Source: Rhodospirillales bacterium
GTDB lineage: Bacteria > Pseudomonadota > Alphaproteobacteria > Rhodospirillales > Casp-alpha2
Assembly: GCA_965198795.1 (NCBI GenBank)
Contig: OZ240674.1
Location: forward strand, 1,540,522-1,604,521
Reading direction: 5' to 3'
Length of the DNA stretch: 64,000 nucleotides
Notes under the pieces: model-generated
The model's database searches: none
What the model was told of the DNA's origin: nothing
Seen by the model: only the letters and a program-made list of their open reading frames with translations
Shown: positions 60,888-64,000 of the stretch, piece by piece
Layout of the letters: each line of letters starts with the position of its first letter
How positions within the stretch are numbered: position 1 is the stretch's first letter
Program-made: the position numbers and the translations under genes

Positions 60888-63155
60888 CTACAGCACCGAC
60901 CGGGTTAGCTCGTCGATCAAGTCCTGAATGACGCTCAGAACTCTGGCGGCGGCCGAGTAGGCCTGCTCAAGGACGATCAGGTTTGCGAGTTCCTCATCCA
61001 CGTTGACGCCGCGAATGTTGTCGGATTGGAATTGCAGCGCGTTGGTCAGTGTTTTTTGACTGGTTTCAGCCGTCTCGTTGGCTTGCGCGAGCGACGAGCT
61101 TCTGCCGACGACGGCTGCGCCAAAATCAGCGAAATTAAGATTCAAGTTCGGTAATCCGCCCGCGGCTTCAAAGCTGTTCGCCGATTCCAACGTGTCGGCG
61201 AGCGCTTCGATGTTGGCGTTGTCCGCGGACGAAACCCGATATTGCCCCGCCGCCCCGATGGCGGAGTCAAACCGCACTTGCCCACGGGCCACCTTGCCCG
61301 GGTTGGCGACAATATCATTACGGATGGAAAGGGCGGATGCGCGGCCCGAACGGGCGGGCTCCAAGGCTAAATTGCCGAGAAAGGTCTGCCCCGCCGCCTG
61401 CGTAATGGTGAGGGCTGAGCCCTCATCGTGTTTGACGCGCAGCCGAACGCCGCTTGCCTCATGAATAATCGCGGCCGTGACTTGAGGAATGTTATCGGTG
61501 ATCAAACTCGCCAGTTCCGTCAGGGACGTCCCCGCCGGAACCGTCAAAGGCGTCGCGGACGCGTCAAAAGCCGTCGATGGAGCCGGAGTGTCGGCGCCCA
61601 GGAAACCATCATTGGTGAAGAATGTTAAGGTGCCCGCTGTTGTCGTAAATCCTGGGGATAGCAGCTGGCTGTCAAACGAGTTGGGGGCGAGGTTGTCAAC
61701 CACCAGATCGTTCAGCCCGAGGAAGCTGGAGAACCCGTTAATTGTTTCGTCGATGAAGGTATCCCCGTTCGGATCAAAGGAAATGACCGCATCCTCATGT
61801 GCGCCGCCGGGCGTTCGGCCGGCTTCATCCCGGATTGCGAGATTCAGATTCGGTTGTGAAAGGTTGATGTTGAAACGTCCGTCGTCTGTGAGCCGCGCCG
61901 CCGCTTGGGGCGCGCCGCTGGCTTGAAGGTAGTCTTCCAGCCGGGCCCCGAACTCAACGATGGTGATCGGGCCGTTCCCGGCGTTTGTGCCGTCCCCCAA
62001 TGTTGTCGTGCCCGACCTGCCCGTGAGAATCTCGGAAAGCCTGATCTCGCTCTGTTGATTGCCCGCGCCGTCGAGCAATACAAAAACGGTGTCGTCGTTC
62101 GCGTCGATGGAAAATTGCGGCGTGATGTTGGCCGTGCTGTTGAGGTTAAAGACCCGTGTGCCTTCGAACGATTGATAACCAGGGAACGCAACGCCGCGAT
62201 TGTGAACCTGGTTGATCGTGGTCTGGAGTTCCGCCGCGAGTTCGTCCAACTGACTTTGCAGATTTGGTAAAACATTATCGCGAATGTCCACCAAGCCGCC
62301 CAGGATGCCGCCGCGATTCAGGTCGGCGGTAATGTCGTTGGACAAGTTCGCCCGAGGCCCGACGAATATCCCATCAATCTCGCCGCCGGACACGGTGGCG
62401 GTCGGGGTGATCACCGCAGCGGCCGTGTGGGTAATTGCCGGCGGGATGGTGTCGACGAGTGTTTTACCGGATTTCGTGAAGACGACGACATCACCATCGT
62501 TTCGCGAAAAAGTCTGGATTTCCAGAATTTCGGCGATGCGGTCCAGTGAATTGTCACGGGCGTCTTCCAACTCGCTTGTATCAGAGCCGATGGAACGAAT
62601 GGAAATAATGTCGTCATTGGATTGATCCACGTCCTGCACAAGCCGGTTCAATTCAGTCACGAGATTGGTGATGTCCTGGTCCGCCCTAAGGCGCAGATCC
62701 TGCGCCAAATTGGATAGATCCCTTAGGTTCTTGAAAACGTTTTCGGCTTGGCGCACGAAATTGCCCTGCTCCACGGACCGGTTCGGCGTGGCGGACAGCA
62801 GTTCGGCGGAGTTCTGAAATTTCTCAAGAATATGGCTGAGCGAGGTGTTGTTCCCGGGTGACCCAAAGGCTTCCTGAAGCCGGTCGAAGAATGGGCTTTT
62901 AGAGGTCAGAAAGTTCAGCTCCGACATTTCATCCCGCACGCGCTTGAGCAGGTTATTGTCGATGGCGCGGTTGATTTCGCCGAGCCGCACACCGGCGGGA
63001 ACGCCGTTAAGGGTCACGGATTTTTGCGTTATGATGCGGCGTGAATAGCCTTCCGTGTTCGCGTTCGCGATATTTTGCGACAGGAACCCAAGGGCTTTCT
63101 GGTTGACCAGCAGGCCGCTGGATGCCGATTGAAGGGCGCTTGTAATACCACCCAT
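60888..63155 (-). CDS. flgK: Hook-associated protein 1 FlgK (755 aa)
   Basis: N-terminus ..ALQSASSGLLVNQKALGFLSQNIANANTEGYSRR.. and C-terminus ..SDNIRGVNVDEELANLIVLEQAYSAAARVLSVIQDLIDEL... Confidence 0.9.
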   Translation of the reverse strand: MGGITSALQSASSGLLVNQKALGFLSQNIANANTEGYSRRIITQKSVTLNGVPAGVRLGEINRAIDNNLLKRVRDEMSELNFLTSKSPFFDRLQEAFGSPGNNTSLSHILEKFQNSAELLSATPNRSVEQGNFVRQAENVFKNLRDLSNLAQDLRLRADQDITNLVTELNRLVQDVDQSNDDIISIRSIGSDTSELEDARDNSLDRIAEILEIQTFSRNDGDVVVFTKSGKTLVDTIPPAITHTAAAVITPTATVSGGEIDGIFVGPRANLSNDITADLNRGGILGGLVDIRDNVLPNLQSQLDELAAELQTTINQVHNRGVAFPGYQSFEGTRVFNLNSTANITPQFSIDANDDTVFVLLDGAGNQQSEIRLSEILTGRSGTTTLGDGTNAGNGPITIVEFGARLEDYLQASGAPQAAARLTDDGRFNINLSQPNLNLAIRDEAGRTPGGAHEDAVISFDPNGDTFIDETINGFSSFLGLNDLVVDNLAPNSFDSQLLSPGFTTTAGTLTFFTNDGFLGADTPAPSTAFDASATPLTVPAGTSLTELASLITDNIPQVTAAIIHEASGVRLRVKHDEGSALTITQAAGQTFLGNLALEPARSGRASALSIRNDIVANPGKVARGQVRFDSAIGAAGQYRVSSADNANIEALADTLESANSFEAAGGLPNLNLNFADFGAAVVGRSSSLAQANETAETSQKTLTNALQFQSDNIRGVNVDEELANLIVLEQAYSAAARVLSVIQDLIDELTRSVL

Positions 63156-63215
63156 GACGCGTTCTCCCGCTTTCTTTTGACTGTCGATCCCGGCTCTATG
63201 GCCGAGGCCGCGGGT

Positions 63216-63659
63216 TTACAGAGATTGATCCAGCGAAACCGACATACTGTTGGCGGCCGCGCGCATTCCCTCTTGGCCCTGCTTGCCGTTCTTCGCATAG
63301 GTGCCGGCGTGCGGCGTATTCGCGCGCACGGCGTCGGCGACCGCTTCCAGAACGGCTTGATTGGCGTGCGCGGCGACTTTAAGGCGCATGACGTTCTCGT
63401 CCGTCAGGGTTTTCAGGCGTTCCGCCGTGTTCGCCATTTCCTGGCGTTTTTCCTCGCCAAGCTGCCCCCAATTGACGTTTAGCTCCTCAAGCGCCTTGAA
63501 CCGGTTTTCGTAGAGCCGCGACAGCGTCGCTTTCTCCTCGAGCATGTTCTCGACATCGGCGTTCCGGCGCTCGACCAGCGCCAAGTTTTCCGTTTCGACC
63601 AAATCCGCGAGGCGATGGGTCAGTTCCATCATGCTTTCCAGGCGTTCTTCATGTTCCAT
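63216..63659 (-). CDS. flgN: FlgN-like flagellar export chaperone
   Basis: 147-aa helical protein between the rod-binding gene and flgK. ..LTHRLADLVETENLALVERRNADVENMLEEKATLSRLYE.. resembles the FlgN N-terminal region. Assignment rests largely on position. Confidence 0.5.
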   Translation of the reverse strand: MEHEERLESMMELTHRLADLVETENLALVERRNADVENMLEEKATLSRLYENRFKALEELNVNWGQLGEEKRQEMANTAERLKTLTDENVMRLKVAAHANQAVLEAVADAVRANTPHAGTYAKNGKQGQEGMRAAANSMSVSLDQSL

Positions 63660-63663
63660 GACG

Positions 63664-63987
63664 TTACGCTGCCTCCTGCATTCGAATGAGTTGATCCAGC
63701 ACTTGATCCGCGATGCCGACGCCGCCGCGCTTGGACAGCGCTTTGGCGTATTCGTCGACCTGCATGCTGCTGAAGATGTCTTCCGCCTGGCCGCCGCCGA
63801 ACGGGCTATCGAGCTTCACGCTCTCAAACAGCGGGCGGATCATCTCGGCCAGAAAAACGCTCTCGAAATCCTGAGCGACTTCCCGCATCTTTGCCAGGTT
63901 CAAGTCCTTGACATTGGCTGGTTCGCCATAGGCCCTCAGTTTTTCGGGAGCGGCTTCGCCCTGTTCATGACGCTGAAGTTCGCGCAA
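63664..63987 (-). CDS. flgJ: Rod-binding protein (FlgJ N-terminal domain type, no muramidase domain)
   Basis: ..AQDFESVFLAEMIRPLFESV..FGGGQAEDIFSSMQVDEYAKALSKRGGVGIADQV.. is the Rod_binding motif. TTG start as given by the track; the true start could lie off-window. Confidence 0.7.
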   Translation of the reverse strand: MRELQRHEQGEAAPEKLRAYGEPANVKDLNLAKMREVAQDFESVFLAEMIRPLFESVKLDSPFGGGQAEDIFSSMQVDEYAKALSKRGGVGIADQVLDQLIRMQEAA

Positions 63988-64000
63988 GACCGGCGCCGTG

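Overview
This window is a high-GC (roughly 60-70% by eye) alphaproteobacterial-type flagellar super-locus with a large flagellin glycosylation island in the middle.

Left part (1-17.1 kb, all minus strand): a Pro-rich ORF missing from the supplied ORF track, then flhF, flhA, the sigma54 activator flbD, motA, fliN, fliH, fliF and a DUF1153 gene. These are followed by an oversized hook operon, fliK-flgD-flgE, behind a good sigma54 promoter.

Middle part (17.3-48 kb): a roughly 31 kb glycosylation island in two sections.
- A 19-gene, mostly start/stop-overlapping minus-strand block encodes synthesis of a NeuB/PseI/LegI-type nonulosonic acid. It has a duplicated oxidoreductase/cytidylyltransferase/aminotransferase triad, an acetamidino module (PP-loop amidotransferase plus HisH/HisF paralogs), an AsnB-like enzyme, a deacetylase and a formyltransferase.
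- A FAS/PKS-like acyl-building line follows: FkbH-like loader, two ACPs, KSIII, ketoreductases, MaoC dehydratase, MBL hydrolase, adenylating ligase, AAC(3)-like acyltransferase and methyltransferases.

Right part (48-64 kb): flbT, one flagellin gene, TPR-glycosyltransferases, Maf, an unknown coiled-coil protein, flaF, a giant 1074-aa FlgL, a 755-aa FlgK, a flgN-like gene and a rod-binding flgJ-like gene.

I saw no rRNA, tRNA, CRISPR array, transposase or integrase.

The most unusual points are:
1. The carrier-protein-based acyl line inside the flagellar glycan island.
2. An NDG-type repeat module shared by the hugely expanded FlgL and FlgE.
3. Near-perfect in-frame tandem repeats in four flagellar-locus proteins, including a GTSAS[EK] tail on FlgD.
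4. Four candidate protein glycosyltransferases (Maf plus three TPR-GTs).
5. A low-GC mosaic segment in maf.

All functional calls come from motif recognition by eye. No database search was run.
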